This document shows, one piece after another, positions 26,127 through 40,317 of a stretch of DNA of 64,000 nucleotides (position 1 is its first letter; each line of letters opens with the position of its first letter). The DNA is from Lama glama (taxonomy: Eukaryota): the NCBI GenBank assembly GCA_028534125.1, contig CM052837.1, forward strand, positions 37,200,001 through 37,264,000. Reading direction: 5' to 3'. The position numbers and the translations under genes were made by a program. Below the pieces are notes generated by a model that worked only from the letters and a program-made list of their open reading frames with translations, was not told the origin of the DNA and did no database searches.

Positions 26127-29100
26127 CTGGAAATGAGGAGAGGACAGTTAGTCCCGGGGGCGCCGGCATCCAGGACGTGACCAGAGGGGCCTGCCCGGCG
26201 CGCGGGCAGAGGGCACAGAACCGAGCCACCGACCGACCCAGGGCAGCTCTGGGCTCCGGCCCCACTGGCTCCAGAGTTCGCGTCTGAGCGAGAGCAGCCG
26301 GGAGGCCGTGAAGAAAGTCTTCCCGCTGGCCTGGAAAAGAATAGCCCCTATTTTTGGAGGAAAAAAATTCCCTGTTTTTTCCTCCAAAAATACCTTTTCC
26401 TTCCAGCATGTAACCAGTTTTGGGACCACGTCTTTTAAAAGATGTATTATTTTTTGCTCTATTCATGCCAACAAAAAAATAATACATGGGCTAAGGCTTT
26501 GCCAGTTCTGGGAAGACAGGACTCCAGAAAGCTCACGTTTTCAGAGGAAAAACGTGCCAGTTTGGCTTCACAAACCAACCCAGCCAGCGGCCCGATCAGA
26601 GCGGCCCCGGCTTACCAGGAGACAGCAGCTGCCTCTACCTGGAGGGAGCCAAGGAGGAGGGGGCTCGGGGCACCTGGACTTGGAGGGACCGCCAAGGTCG
26701 GATCTTGGGTGAAGTCCACCCCATGCTGAGGCCCCGGCAGGGCGGAGACGGAAGGCCCACGGCCAGCCCTGCCCAAGAACCTCCCCAAAGGCCCGAGACT
26801 CATCTCTGCACTAGAACCTGCAAACTTCTAAGCAAAAATGAAAAGAACCAGAACAAGCAAGAACTTTAAGAAACCCTTCACTTTCCCGGGGCCTCTCTCT
26901 GCCTCCACCTTCGGTGCTGTTGCTTCTGTGACAGTAGTTCTCAAACTGTGCACCTGAGGAACCCAGATGCGCCCGTGTCCTCACGTTCATTTAAACTCCA
27001 GTGGCACCTGCCAGTGTCCAGACAAGGATCTCCCCACTACTCATGAAGGACACCCTTTCTCAACACCAGCAAGCCTGCAGGTCAAGGTTCCTCAAGGAGC
27101 TTTCGCTTGGCTGCCCACGGCTCAGGGTCACTGGACCCCTCCCCCCGGCCTCATCCCCCACAGAGGACCCCGCCAGCACGGCTTCCTCCCGATGGGACCT
27201 TCCCTAGTCACTTCGGGGTGTTGAACAAGATGAACTAGAGGTGGATCCCAGGCAGGACGGAGCCGTCAGGTGAGAGTACTCATGCAGGGGTCCCTAGGAC
27301 CCGGAACCTCACCCAGTGGCCCCTGAATCTGGGGCAAATGTGGTCTCCCAGGGTGCATTCTGGAGGCAGCCACAATTCCACCAGGGCCTGCTGGACAGCA
27401 AAGGACCTAAAGACCCGGACCCCACCCCCGCGCCAGCTCCTCCCGGGGTCCCCAGGCCTGCACACAGGGCCCTGCCCACCCTGCCTGGAGGCTCCTCCCC
27501 TGGGAAGAGGATGTGGCGGGGATGGTCTCTGCCTCCAGCTCCCTGGGATGGCCCCAGCTTTGACCACTCCTCCAACCTTCAAACTTCCTGCTGCCTTTGA
27601 AGCTCCCAGCAGTTGCCCCAGAAGCATCTCCCAGGCCCCGTGGCCCAACACCACCAAACGCACCATTCCGTGGGTGCAGGCAACGGCCCCGTGCCTGGCT
27701 CCCAAGCCCAGGAGACCGAAGACCGGTTCTCTAACTGCATGGAATCTTTAATTTTAGTGAAAACTTAAACAGCCTCTCGTGGCCAGTGGCTCCTGTGTGG
27801 GGCAGTGCCGTCTGAGAGCATGACAGAGCAGGGGACGGCAGGCTGCTGGCAGACGGCCCTCCCCGGGCACTGCCCCGTGGCTTTGGGGGTGGGAGGATGC
27901 CTGGCTAAAGCCCGTCTCCTCCAGGCCCCAGGCTGGCACCAGGGTTTCCTGCCCAGGTCGGCCCCATGGAACCTCACCCCATCCAGACTGCCGGCAGGCA
28001 AGCCCAGGGGACCTGGGGCCCAAGAGGGTGGGAGAGGTGCCCACAGACACTCACCAAGACCAGACTGGACAGACACGCAGGCAAGCAAGGCACACTGCCG
28101 CCTGCGACGAGGAGGGGGCCACACGGACCAGGGCAAAGCGGCTGAGGTGCAGGGGTTCCCCCAGGCACAGAGGGGCATTCAGAAACAGGGTGGGACACAG
28201 GGAGAGGTCAGAGACACACCCGGAGCAGCATAGCCCGAGACCCCCGCCCGCCTCGACCCCCAGCCCCACACCTCGATGTGGACACCCACACAGGCAAGGG
28301 AAGCGCTTCCACCTTGAGCCAGGGTCGGGGGTCTCACAGCAGCTGAGGGAGGGTTCCTGGATCCACCCTGCCCACCTGCACTTTGTGGAACAAGGTCCCC
28401 TCGCCAGGCAGCTCAGGGACAGCCCACCCCACCCTGGGCCCAGCGGCAGGACATTTTCCCGCACACCTGCTGTGCCCCGGGTGCTAAACGTGGCTCTGGA
28501 CGCCCCAGTCAGGGGAAAGAAATGCCGCCTCTGTCACCTGGTGGACAGGTGTGCATCCAGGAGAGGCAGGCCCTCTGCTCCCAGGGCCTCAGCCCAGGGT
28601 CCCCGGGAGGCGGGCTGGTCCAGGCAGGCCCGGGAAGCCGCTGGGTCACAGGCAGGCAGGGACACAGGACACACGGGGAGGAACAGAGGGGCGGTGTGCG
28701 GGAAGCAGGGAGGAGCCACAGAACGTACCGGAGAGCCGGGGGCTCCCTGTGTCCTCACCTCGAGTCCTGCTTTCAGGGCCAGCCACCTCATCCCCAAAGA
28801 CAGAGCGGACGTGATAGGGGCCCGAGAAGGGCAGTGACATGATTAAAGGCACTTGGGGGGGCAGCAAGATTTTCCAGATTGGGGGAGGGGAGGGCAGGAG
28901 AGGAGAGAGAGAGAGAGACAGGCTGAGACGACAGTTGTTGGCTGGGGAGTAAAGCAGGGCTCGAGAAGCCGCGTCCGGCCAGAGGGGCCTTGGTCCACCG
29001 GGCGGGCGGGCTGAGGCCGGAGCAGCGCCCACCAGGGCAGAGCCAAGGGCAGACCCACCTGCTTCCTCAGGCAGGAAGGGCCGAAGGCAGCGCCAACGGG

Positions 29101-30239
29101 GACTGACAGAACGGGACACCCTTGGGGCGCGCCGCACACCAGGCCCTGCCGCACACGTCTCCCACCCGGCCCTGACCACAGCCCCACGTCGGGACCCCCT
29201 CGCTCCCATCCTGCGGATGAGAACAGAGCTAGCTGCCCGGGCTGAACCCTCTGGTCCCGGGTCTGAGGGGTCACCACTTCTGCTCTTTGGGCTGGTTGGG
29301 GGCAAAAGCATTGCTGACCTCCCCAGACCCAGTCCCAGCTGCCACCCCACTTTTGGGGACGTGAGGGATGGAGGCGCAGGCCCCCTTCTGATGGAGGCTG
29401 AGGGTGGGGCTCAGCCTGACTCCTCCCCAGCCGAGTGGCCGGCCAAGCTGCCTTCGGTCCAGGTGAGCAGGCACCTCTGGACCACGGCCTGGGGAGCTGG
29501 AATCACTCTGCATGGGGGAGCGGGCACCGGGGACCCCTGAGCTCAGAGATACACAGTGACCCACACACAGGCTGAGGTTCATCAAACTCAGAAGTTGGAA
29601 ACTGACCTGGATTTTCTATTAAACACTAGGAAACTAGCAGGCTGCCAGCACGCCTTCGCTGCCCCCAGCAGAGGCGGCCCGTGGGGGTCCCTACACCCAC
29701 CAGTCTCTAACTCCCAGAAGTAACAGAGCTGCAGGGGCCTGAACAGACACGGGGAGGGGGAGCTCCAGCCCCACCGAGGGGCTGTGAGGGGGTGGGAGAC
29801 TCTGCCCAAAAGGGGACCCTCTCCCACTCGTCCAGGAAACTTCAGCAAACGGGACTTGCCAGTGGGTGGAGCGAAGACGCCTCGGTAGAGTGGCCCCACC
29901 TTCCACCCTCTGCCCCGACCCGCAGTGTCGGAGGGAGACCCGTCCACTCAGAACGGCCCTGTGCCTGGACTGGCAGGCGTGCTCTCCCAGAAGCCCCTGC
30001 CTTCGAGGGGCTGCATCCTGGGTGGGAGGCGGGAGGGAGCTGCCCCTAGGCTATGAGCCAGCCCCGGGCCCTGGGAGGGGACATGCACACAGCAGGTGAT
30101 TTAAGGGCCCACATCACCGGCGGGCAGGGGTCTGCACACAGTTCCACACGGGAGCACGCCCAGGCCCCACGACAGCCCTCGGCTACCGGGTGACACGCGG
30201 AGCAGGCACGGAGGGAGCAGGAGGCAGACGGGCACTGAC

Positions 30240-30269
30240 CTTGGCGAGGGCTCCGGCTGAGGCTCCTTC
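30240..30269 (-). CDS. KCNQ2: KCNQ2 exon 11, 30-nt microexon (R-KEPQPEPSP-S)
   Basis: ctgtttgaag|GAAGGAGCCTCAGCCGGAGCCCTCGCCAAG|gtcagt; phase 2-2. Confidence 0.92.
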
Positions 30270-31141
30270 CTTCAAACAGAAGCACAAGACTATTAGCAGC
30301 CGGCCCGCCATGTAGAACCCAGCACAGACCCCACACCCAGCCCAGGCCCGCCCCCATGCTCCCACGGGCGGGTGTCTGCGTGTGAGGGGTGCAGAAACAG
30401 CCCCCCGTCTGAGGGCCCCTGGGGGAACCCGGAAGGGGCCACAGGAAGCTCTGAGCCTGAGGTCACTACCTCCCCACACGTGGGGGCACGCATTTTAATC
30501 AGAAGCACCAACATTAACAAAGTTTCAAAGAGGCACGTGAGGGAGGCACTGGAGGTGGTCAACTTCCGCGGTCGACGTTCAGGCCAGACATCAGCTGAGA
30601 CGCTCCCGCCGCCGTGGGCTTGACGGAATTGCCACTCTTGGAGGGTGGGCTGGCGCCGAGCCCTGGGCGCGTGTCCCCAGGTCCTGGTCTGCTCGGGCTG
30701 GTGACCTCCACGAGCGAACACCGAACAGAAGGCTGAGGGCTTGGACTGCTCTTGGTTGGTCCACGGACAACTACCGGCCAGCCCCGCAGGTGCCTCGGGA
30801 CGGCGGTGCTCACACTGGTCTGTTGTGTCACCAAGCGGGCGCTCCGTGCACGTCCAAAGTCTTTGCAGAACAGGCTCTGTGTCACCATGACACTGGCAGA
30901 GCCAACGTGACAACGAAGACAAGACGGTGTGGCCAGACAACCTGCTTGGGGCTGGGGTCTCTGGGGACCGACCCCCGGAACTCACACCCTCGGGAATAAC
31001 GTCCACCCCAGAGGGACTAGCTCAGAAACGCGAGTGGAGGCCCCGTGGGCGCCCCATGCCGACAGCGCCACTGGGAGCTTGACGTTTAGAGCTGCCCTGG
31101 GCACTCTCAGCCCGGCCCGGGGCCATCCGTTTCCCGGGACG

Positions 31142-33193
31142 TGTCAGGTTCCTGGGAGGCCAAAAGCAAGGCAGCACAGACCTGCACTGAAAACAACAGA
31201 AACACGCCCTCTCCCAGCTCTGGAGACCAGACGTCCGAAGCCAACGCGTCCGTCAGGCTGGGCTCCCTCCAGCTGCCCTGGGAGGGTCCTTCCTGCCCCT
31301 CCAGCTCCTGGAGGCCCCGGCCTGGGCTCATGGCTGCCTCCCTCCAATTTCAGCGGATGCGTCTCCTCAGGACACTTGTAAATGGCTCTGGGATCCACCA
31401 GACAGCCCAGGACGAGCTCATCCAGAGACCCTTAACCACAGCGGCAAACAAGGCCCATTCACGAGGCTCCAGGGCACAGACCCGTCTTGGTGGAGCCACC
31501 ATTCAACCCACTACAGTCCATCCCCCAAAGTTCATGTCCACTTTACATCCAGAACACATTCACCCCAAGCCAACATCTCTCAAAGACCCAGCCCGCTACA
31601 GCATCAGCTCTGTGTCCAAAGCCTCACTTCAGCCCACAAAGTCCCGAAGGTCATCGTCTCAATCACCTGAATCCGGTGTGAGCGGCTCTGGGTGTGGTCC
31701 GTGAGTGGACCTGTGAACCCAGAAGGCAAGTGATCTGCTCCAAAATGCAGCGGCAGGACTGGCACAGGCCAGACGCGCCTGTTCAAAACGGGAAACCAGG
31801 AGGAACAGCCACCGGTCACCCACATTTGAAATCCCACAGGGCAAATCCACTTGGTTGGAAGCCCCTTGCCCACCTCTGTGCTCCTGGCTCCCTAAGCCTC
31901 GGCCCGCACCCCCGGCCGAGGCATCGTCCCTCCTCCTGGAGGGCCACACGTGCGCAGCCAGCCGACTGGCTCCACCAGCCTGCTTCCCGCGGCGGAACCC
32001 CAGGGCTGCCGCGTTCCTGCTTTCTGCCCACCTCCCTCCCTCGCTCTTGGTCCAGCCAGGCAGTGTTTCTGCCAGAATGAAACTCCTAAAGCCTCGTGGG
32101 CACCCGCACATGCCCCAGGAGGGACCTCTGCCCGGTGACCCACCTAGTCCCGCTCCTGCCAGGAGGGCCGGTCGCACCCACGATCACACACCGGTCTCCC
32201 CCACGACAGCCGTCCAGCCACGCCCATGGCCCTCTCTCCAGAGCACGCTCTCCTGGACCCAGGGTCCTGGTTCATGGTCCTGTGCACCCTGGACGGGCCC
32301 GGGCCGCTCCTGCCTCCACCCCCCTTCTCTCCACCTGCGTCTTCCCACAAGCAGCGAGGAGACACCAGGCCCACGGCCCACACTCCGCCTGGAAATCTCC
32401 TCACTAAGCGTCCAGGTTCATCGAGGGCAAGTTCTGGGATGGGATTCGGCCACTTTCTATGCCACTTACACAAAGGGTCACCTTTCCTCCAGTCCCCAAC
32501 AACTCGCCTCATGCCAACCGGCCCTGCCTCTGCGTCGTATGTAGAGCAGTCACGGCCATTCCTGCATCACGGGACGTCCCCATGCGCCTCAGTCATCGTG
32601 CCCGCCAGCTCCCACGGGAACCGAGCTTAACGCCCGTATTCCCACCAGCTGCCTCTCCCAGGCAACCTGGGCCTTCCCTCCTGTGCTCTTCAAAACGCTG
32701 CTGCCGTCATCCAATTCCAGCCACTCTCCAGTCTCAGCCTGGCAGCACCCCACCTCCCGGCCCCAAAATCCCTGCTCGGCTGCCAGAGCTGCTGCGATGC
32801 TGCACCACAAGCAGGGCGGCTTGACTAAATCACAGAAGCGCGTCCTCGCCCAGCTCTGGAGGCCAGGCTCCAAAATCACGACGTCAGCAGGGCGACCCCT
32901 CTGGGGCTCCAGGGAGGGTCTTCCTCGGCTCCCCAGCTCCTGGTGGCCTCAGGCATCCCCTGGCTGGCGGCCATCTCCCTCCAGTGTCTGCCTCCGCCCA
33001 CGTGGCCATCTTCAGTGTCTCGTGAAGGACACGTGTCATTGGCTGAGGGCCCACACTGATCTAGGAGGACCTCACGCTGAGGCCCTTCACTTAATCACAT
33101 TCACAGAGATTTCTTCCAGATAAGGTCCCATTCACAAGTCGCAGGACATGGACATATCTCTGCAGGGTGGAGGCCACCATTCAACCCACGACG
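31142..33193 (-). mobile_element. MaLR (MLT1B/C-like) element with two LTRs (~31142-31515 and ~32770-33193) and internal region
   Basis: Two degenerate direct repeats share cccagctctggag(a/g)ccag, ccagctcctgg, aagg(c/t)ccattcac and ccaccattcaacccac; the ~1.25 kb between them resembles MLT-int. Confidence 0.75.
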
Positions 33194-33641
33194 GCTGCTC
33201 ACCCCGAGGAGGGTTCTTCAGTCGGGGAGCCCCGTGGGCACCGTCCTTGCCTCTCTCCCATCTGCAAGCTTGTCTCCCATGCACATCCGTCTCTGTCCAG
33301 CACTCTGGGAGTCGCAGATTTTGTGTTCATGGGAGAACCGGCGGTTACCACCCACATGTGTGTCCACTCAATGCTCCAGGGAGATGCGGGGCTGGACTCT
33401 GCCTCCCACCCGCAGCCAGAGCTTCCTGGCCCCACGGGGAGGCCCACCCTCTGCCCCACCCTCACAAGCAGCCGCCCTTGGGATGGGAGCCTAGGGCAGG
33501 GTCGGCAAAAGCGGAAACCACCAGTAGCACCGGGTCCCGTGGCCAGCCCACCGGGAGCGCCCCGGGGCTCGGCGGCAGCCGGGGCCCCTCAGGAGTCCCA
33601 GACACCAGGGCCCCGAGCTCCAGCCTGCAGCACCCGCTAAC

Positions 33642-33710
33642 CTGAAGGTGAGGCCAGATTTACTCTTGAGGTTCCGCAGCAGCTCCAGCTGGTTGAGTGG
33701 CGGGATCAGT
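33642..33710 (-). CDS. KCNQ2: KCNQ2 exon 10 (69 nt; [22 protein letters not shown])
   Basis: gcag|ACTGATC...TTCAG|gttagc. Confidence 0.96.
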
Positions 33711-34601
33711 CTGCAGCGAGAGGAGAGGGCAGTGAGCCCCCGCCACGCAGCCCAGGGCCCTCACCCCGCCCTCACCGGGGTCACCTCGCACACGGGGCAG
33801 GCGGCGCCCGGGGGACTCGGGCTGCGCCCTGTCACAGGCAGAGAGGGGGACTTCACGCGGCCCGGGCTGGCGTCTCCACCGCTGGGGCCGGGACAGCAGC
33901 CACACTCCCCGGGGGCACTCTCCAGGGGCTTGGCCCTGGCAGTGGGCGGTGCCCAGGCCGTCCCTAGAGACCCGGCCCTGCCCACATGGAGCGGGCCCAG
34001 CACAGCCCTGGAAGACAGGGGCTGGGGGCTTCTCCCAAGCCCTGAGCACCCCCTGGGGGCAGCACAGTGGCAAATGCAGCCCCCCAACGTCCTGAGGCTC
34101 CCCGACCCGTCTCCTCAGAGCCACACTCTCTGCCAAAGCTGGGGCGGGGCCAAGGCCAGTGGGAGGGCTGTGCCAGGCAGAGAGGCCCACTGGTCTGTAG
34201 GTGAGCCTCCAGGATGGCTGGAGGAGAGGCCCAGGACCCTGCACCACCTGGCCTGGCTCTGTTCCAAGGCCCCTATTCCCAAACCGAGTCACGGCCACCA
34301 GGCCCACATTCAACACTGCAGCCACCAGGCAGGGAATCCGAGAGGTGAATCAAGTTTCCTTGTGATGCCAGCGGCGGGCTGCACACCTGGGAGGCTCCCG
34401 GGGAAGCCCAGGCTCCCCACTCCGGCCGTAGGAGCCTCGGGTCCTCACTAGGTCTGCAGAGACTCCTGCTCCCCACCCACCCCCAACCCACCCCTCACCC
34501 ACCTCCTCCCAGCTCCTTGTCACCTTCTGCCCCTTCACAGGTTCTCGTCTCTTTGCCCTGCTTCCTGACCCTGGTCTCTCCTTCCTGACCCAGCCTGACC
34601 C

Positions 34602-34652
34602 GCTGTGACACCCCCACCGCTGTGACACCCTCAGTGCTGTGACACCCCCACC
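34602..34652. repeat. 17-bp tandem repeat (gctgtgacacccccacc) x3
   Basis: Directly visible. Confidence 0.85.
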
Positions 34653-36727
34653 CAGTCTCAGCCCCCGAATCTTGTCCTGAGCCTCCATGGTTCCTGACCC
34701 TGAGGCCCCCGATGCCCCAGGGCACCTCTGTCCAAGCCTCTCCTGGGCATGCTCCCTCTGTGTCCTGCAGTGCCACCACCCCCGGCACTGGCCTGGCTCC
34801 AGCCCTCACCCCACCCCCCACCCCGTCTCCTCCTGGACCTGCCTCTCCCCTCCCGTCCCTCCTGTGCCCTCCTCCCCTGGGGCTCCCTGGACGCCCACCA
34901 CCCTCCTTCCTGGGGCTCGTTCTTGTCACCCTCCTGCTCAGACTCTCCAGAGCGCCCTGTTGCCTCCAAGGTAGAAGGATCTCTGACCCCGCTGCACCCG
35001 GACGCGCCTGCCGGCCCTCCCTGCTAGTCTCTGGCTTTGCTCTGGTCCGCCCTCCTCTGCCCAGCGCTGCCCTCTGGCGCCAGGTGGAGTGCCCTCTGCC
35101 CCCCTGTGGCCCCAGCAGAGCCAGGCCTGGATCCTGGAACACGTGCCCTCCCCCCGCCTCCCCATCCAGGGCTGTCCCCTGTCCTCATAGGTCAAGACCA
35201 AGCAGGAGGCCCGGGCAGTCGGGTCGCTCACGTCATGGGTGCAGCGGAGCCCCAGGACTGGACATGGGGCAGAGTTGGTCCTCCCACCCCCCGACCGCCC
35301 ACCACAGGGCCTAGAGCAGAGACCCCAGACCGCTGGCCCCAATCAGCCCCCACACACACAGGTCCAGGGTAGGGACACGCAGTGAGGACATCATGCCTTG
35401 GACACACAGCGGCAGGGAACAGAACACGGGCGGGCAAGGCCACGGGCAGGGACGTGCACACACCACGCACATCGGGGCCACGCACACGCAGCACCGGTGT
35501 GGGGGATGAGGGTGCCGTGAGCGACAGGGGTGGGGACACGCTGGGGAGCGTCTCCCAGGAGCGAGCAATTGTTAGTCTGGGAGTCAGCCACCTCCAGGAG
35601 GCCTGGGGCAGGGGGCACCTCCACAGACGTCGAGGGGTGTGGGGCTGGCTGGAAAAGACGGACCGAGGGAGCCACCAGGTCTAGGAGGGGCTGTCAGGGC
35701 CTGACGCAGGCGCCCTCCAGCTGCGTCTGCCCCAGCAGACCAGGACCAGCAGCTGGGGAAGGACGCTGCTCCCACTGGCACCTTGTCCTCTGAGTGAGGC
35801 CCCCGGGGTCTGCAGCCAACGGGAAGGGTAAGCACTGCTGGGTGGAGAGGCCGAGGGGCTCAAGTCCCTCCCTCCCATGGAGCGTGCCCTGCACTGCCCA
35901 GCACGGCACCCTCTTCCCTTCTGGGAGTGGAGGGGCTGACTTTCTAACAGGGCGCCCATTCAGGTGCCAGGGGAGGGTGAGAGACCCCTGGAGGGCCCCT
36001 CCTGGCCTACGCAGGGAGACGGTGTCCCTGGCTCGGCAGGGCCATGCGTGGATGTCCCCGTCTAGCACAGTCCCACCACTCTGCAGGGAAGGACAGGGCC
36101 TGCAGGGGGACCTGGCCCCGGGCTCGGGGAAACCTCCTATAGCAGCTCAGGGCCCCCAGTAGGCCCGGAACCCCAGACTAGGGCACAGCAGGAGGAGAGC
36201 CCTTGGCGCAGACACAATGCAGGGACACACAGGTGCACCGCAGCCTCTCCTCCCAGGGCCTGCAGCCTCCCTCTCGCTGCAGTGGGAAGACTCGAGGCAG
36301 GGGGAGCGAGGGCATAGAGGGAGCCCCCAAGCAGGGTTGGGGTGAGCTGGCTGGGCAGAGGCCCCATGAGCAGCACAGAGGGCCGCAGGCTGGGGAGCCC
36401 CGTCTCTACCACCTCTGCGTTGGGTGTAAGTGGGGCCCGTGGGGCGGGATGGAGGCGCAAGGAGAGACTCCAGCCACTGAGACAAGGCAGGAAGCGGGAC
36501 GAGGAACAGAGGACACCTGGGACAGACAGATCCAGCACGAGAAAGCAGGTTGGGGTGGGGGCAGTCGAGAGAGGTGGCCAGGGGAGCGAGGGAGGCGCGC
36601 GTGACTCCAGGCTGGGGCCACAGGCTGGGCGGGGCACAGGGGCGCCTGGCGGGGGCGCGGGGCGGCCCCGGAACGGACCCCAACAGAACAGGACCACACC
36701 ACACACTTTCTGCCCATGCAGTCCTAC

Positions 36728-36757
36728 CTGGAGGCCCCGTAGGTTTGAGTTTGCGAG
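36728..36757 (-). CDS. KCNQ2: KCNQ2 exon 9, 30-nt alternative microexon (S-SQTQTYGAS-R)
   Basis: ttgaaag|CTCGCAAACTCAAACCTACGGGGCCTCCAG|gtagga; phase 2-2. Confidence 0.95.
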
Positions 36758-37833
36758 CTTTCAAGGGTTTTCACACACACACAAAGGGAAAGGAACGAAA
36801 ATTGGAAAAGAACGGGATAAGAAAAACGAAGCGAAGAAAACGGTCAAGGAAAGTGGGGGGAACAAAAGAACAAAGAAAATTAGCAGGAGGGTCAGTGCTG
36901 CCTGGACCGGAGCGCTGGGAGCGCCGTGCGGGGCCGAAGGCAGGCGCCTCTGGCGGGGAAGGTGGCACCGGGCGCCTGCACCAAGCTGAGTGCTCCAGAA
37001 AGTGCGGGTGGGGTGGACGCGGAGGGAGGGCTGGGCGGCCCCCCCTCTCCAGGTGGCAAATCCTCACAGAGGCAGGGGGCCGGTGGAGCCCCAGGCGGAC
37101 AGCTCCGTGAGTGCAAACCCCAGGAGCAGGTAAGGAGACTGGGGCCCCCCAGGCCCCCAAGGGTGGAGGGCAGGCTGGCGGGGCAGTGCCCACCTGAGGG
37201 CACCCGCCCTGCATGGACTCCGGGCGGCCCCATCGCTTCTCAGCTCAGACCTCGTCTAAGCTGGAGCCTGGCACAGACAAGCCCAGGGTGGCCTGGAAAG
37301 CCGCCGGCTGACCAGCGGCCTCATGGGTCTACTGGCACTGCCCCCGCTGACCGCCCCCGGGGAGGGACTGCCGGCCCCTTCTCTCCCACCGAGGGCACCT
37401 AGGGGTGTCTGTGCTTTGTCCTTTCGGGGCCTCACTGTGGTCCTGGGTCCTCTCCTTTCTCGGGGAGAGAACCTGGCCCCCGCTGAAGGACAGAGGGTCA
37501 AGGTTAGCCTTTCACTTCTAAACGCGGGGCCACCCTGGCAGGGCCGCGCCGCACCGCACCGGGGCTGCGATTCACGGACTGGCCAGCATTTACCTCCGCG
37601 AGCTCTGGGGGGCTGTCTCCGCGGTGCTCACACACAAGGCACCTGACAGCAAGGACACTAAGCAGGGGGGCGGAATGAAGGTGAAAAATAAAAGCCGCAA
37701 ACTACAAAACAAAGAACAAAATTAACACCTCAAAATAAATCACACACAATTCTTTTTTGGAAGTTACACACATTTTAAAGAAAGAGAAACAAAAGAAATC
37801 AGAATGATGAACAACAACAAAAAATGGGGCTTA

Positions 37834-37977
<144 letters not shown>

Positions 37978-38419
37978 TCAGGCGGCCCTGAGGGGAGGCG
38001 GGGCTGGCAGAGCCCAAGGCCTCAGGAGGGGCCCCCACCTCTCCCAGGGCCTGGCCCCTGAGCACCCCCCTGCACCAGGCTCTGGACCGCGGTCCCCTGG
38101 CACCTGCCCCACCCCCAACAGGCCTCAGCCTCTGTAGAATGGACACACATGTTTGCCCGCTGTGGCTGGCGGGGCCTGGAGGAAGGGGCGCAGGTCAAGC
38201 ACACGGTGAGTCTGCAGGGGGCCTCCACTTCTTTCCTTTCATCTCATCTCACTGAGGCCCAGCAGCTACCACCTGGCATCGTGGCTGCCTTCCTGCCCTC
38301 CCCCAGCCCTGAGGGAGCTTTCCACTGGACTCCGGAGCTGGGGGCGGGGGCAGAGCCAGGGACCCGCTGGCCAGCCCTTATTTTGAAATGCGTCACCCCA
38401 CCGCCTTCCGGCCCCCACA

Positions 38420-39480
38420 GTCTCTGGTGAGGAATCGGCAGTTACTCTCACTGAGGCCCCTTGGGCATCAGAAGTCACTTCTCTCTCGCTGCTTCCAAGA
38501 TCTGCCTTCACCAGTGTGCTCCCAGTGTGTCCCGGAGCAGCTCTGTGACTATCCTGCTTGGATGTATAGATTCACGTCTTTCACCCAATCTGGGAAGTTT
38601 TCAGTCTTTTCGCCCGCCTCTCTTCCCTTTCTGGGACTGCCATTATGCCAAGATCGGCAGGTTAGCTGGTGTCCCGCCAGTCTCACGGGCTCTGTTGATT
38701 CCCCTTCCTTTGCTTTCTTTCTGCCCCGCAGCCTGGGTAACTTCGACTGACCCGTCTGCAGGTTTGCCGACGCTTCCTCGTGCCGGCTCAGGTCTGCTGC
38801 TGACCCTCCGGTGAGTTTTTCGTTTCAGCCACTGTACCCCTCAGCTCCCGAATTTCTCTCTGGCTCCCTTTTATAATTTTGATCTCTACTGACACTCCCC
38901 ATTGGGTGAGATGTCAGTCTTCTGTTTTCCTTTGGTTCTTTCCTGTGGATCCCTTTAGACTTTTGAGCATACTTAAACGGCTGACTTGATGTCTTCGTCT
39001 AGTAAATCAAATACCTGAGCTTCTTCAGAGACAGTGTCCACTGATTTTTCTCCTTGTGATTAGACCATACCTCCTTGTTTCTTTGCATGCCTCACAATTT
39101 CTCGTTGAAAACTGGACATTTTGAGTATTACCACGTGGTTCTTCGGAAGCAGATTCTCCCCTGTCCCCAGAGCTTTTCGCTGCTGCTCGCCACTGACGGT
39201 AGCTGTTTGTCAAATGACTTTTCTAAGCTGTTCTGCAAACACTGTATACTCTTCATTGTGTGTGGTCACTCACATCTGTTCCCCTTACCTCAGTGGTCAG
39301 TGACTTGACAGAGGTTCCATTAAACCCAACAAACCAAAGAGGAAACAAACACCCTCGGTCCTTGCAGACCGGCCCTGCGTGGGGGCACATTCAGCAAGGC
39401 CACTTACAGCTCCACCTTAGCCTTCACTTCCTGCTTGCATGGAGTCTAAAGACGGCCTGAGGTGAGCACTGAGGGTCTTC
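38420..39480 (-). mobile_element. Old LINE-1 ORF1/5' region remnant in intron 7
   Basis: T-rich plus strand; cacttctctctcgctgcttccaagat and ttttataattttgatctctact resemble the reverse of L1M ORF1. Confidence 0.6.
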
Positions 39481-40317
39481 TCTAGTCACTTCCGAGCCTG
39501 CGTCCAGCACTGCGCAAGTGAGTGGCCGCCTACATCCCCCCGAGACATGGGGGTCCCTCCCAAACCCTCAGTCCCCTGTGAATCCTTCCCAAACCTCTGA
39601 GCTTCTTGGAGAGGAGAGGAAGAGGGGAGGTGCCGTGTGTTCGGGCCTCGCTCCCTCCCTGCGATGCCCGAGCCTCTGAACCGCAGGCAGGGCTGCGACT
39701 TCACTGCCAGTAGTGGGCGAGACTGGGGCGCTTTTGTTCTTCTTTATATCCTTGTGCAATTAAAACAAGTAGCCATTTGAAGCTCTTATGGTGAAAGACA
39801 CATGCGTACATATACCCGTAAATGCAGGCTGCACCCAGGGCAGGACCTCGTCGTCAAGAAAGACAGACACGTGAGGTGCTGGGGCCATGTCCAGCCAGCG
39901 GTAGAGCCGGTCAGTTCCAAAGTCCCCGGGCCCCCCACGCTTTGAGAGGGGCTGTGGGAACATGAGGCCACACTTTCAGGATGGCTCAGGAAGCACTGCT
40001 GGACGCCGAGCAGCCACTGTGGCCCCTGGCGGTGGGGTGGGCCTTCAGCTGTGGCACCTACCTGAGGTGGGGCCTCTGAACCCTGATCCCACACCTGCAG
40101 GATGGGTACCAGTGCTATGAAGGGACACCTCAGGGGCAGCTGTGACAGCCTGGCCCAGAGCCCGGGGCCAGCACCAGCCTCCACGCTGCCTGGGCTGGAG
40201 CCGCCATGCAGCCCGGGGTGTCTGAGCTGGTTCTCGGCACAGACACTGACTCCCCGACAGGGAGACACTGAGCAGGGCTCTGCTCCGACGCCGTGGGCCC
40301 GGCCAGAGGCTCCGCCA

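Noticed and set aside
26930-26990. cagtagttctcaaact, resembling a hAT/MER5 terminus
   Set aside because: Too short, and no partner terminal repeat found.
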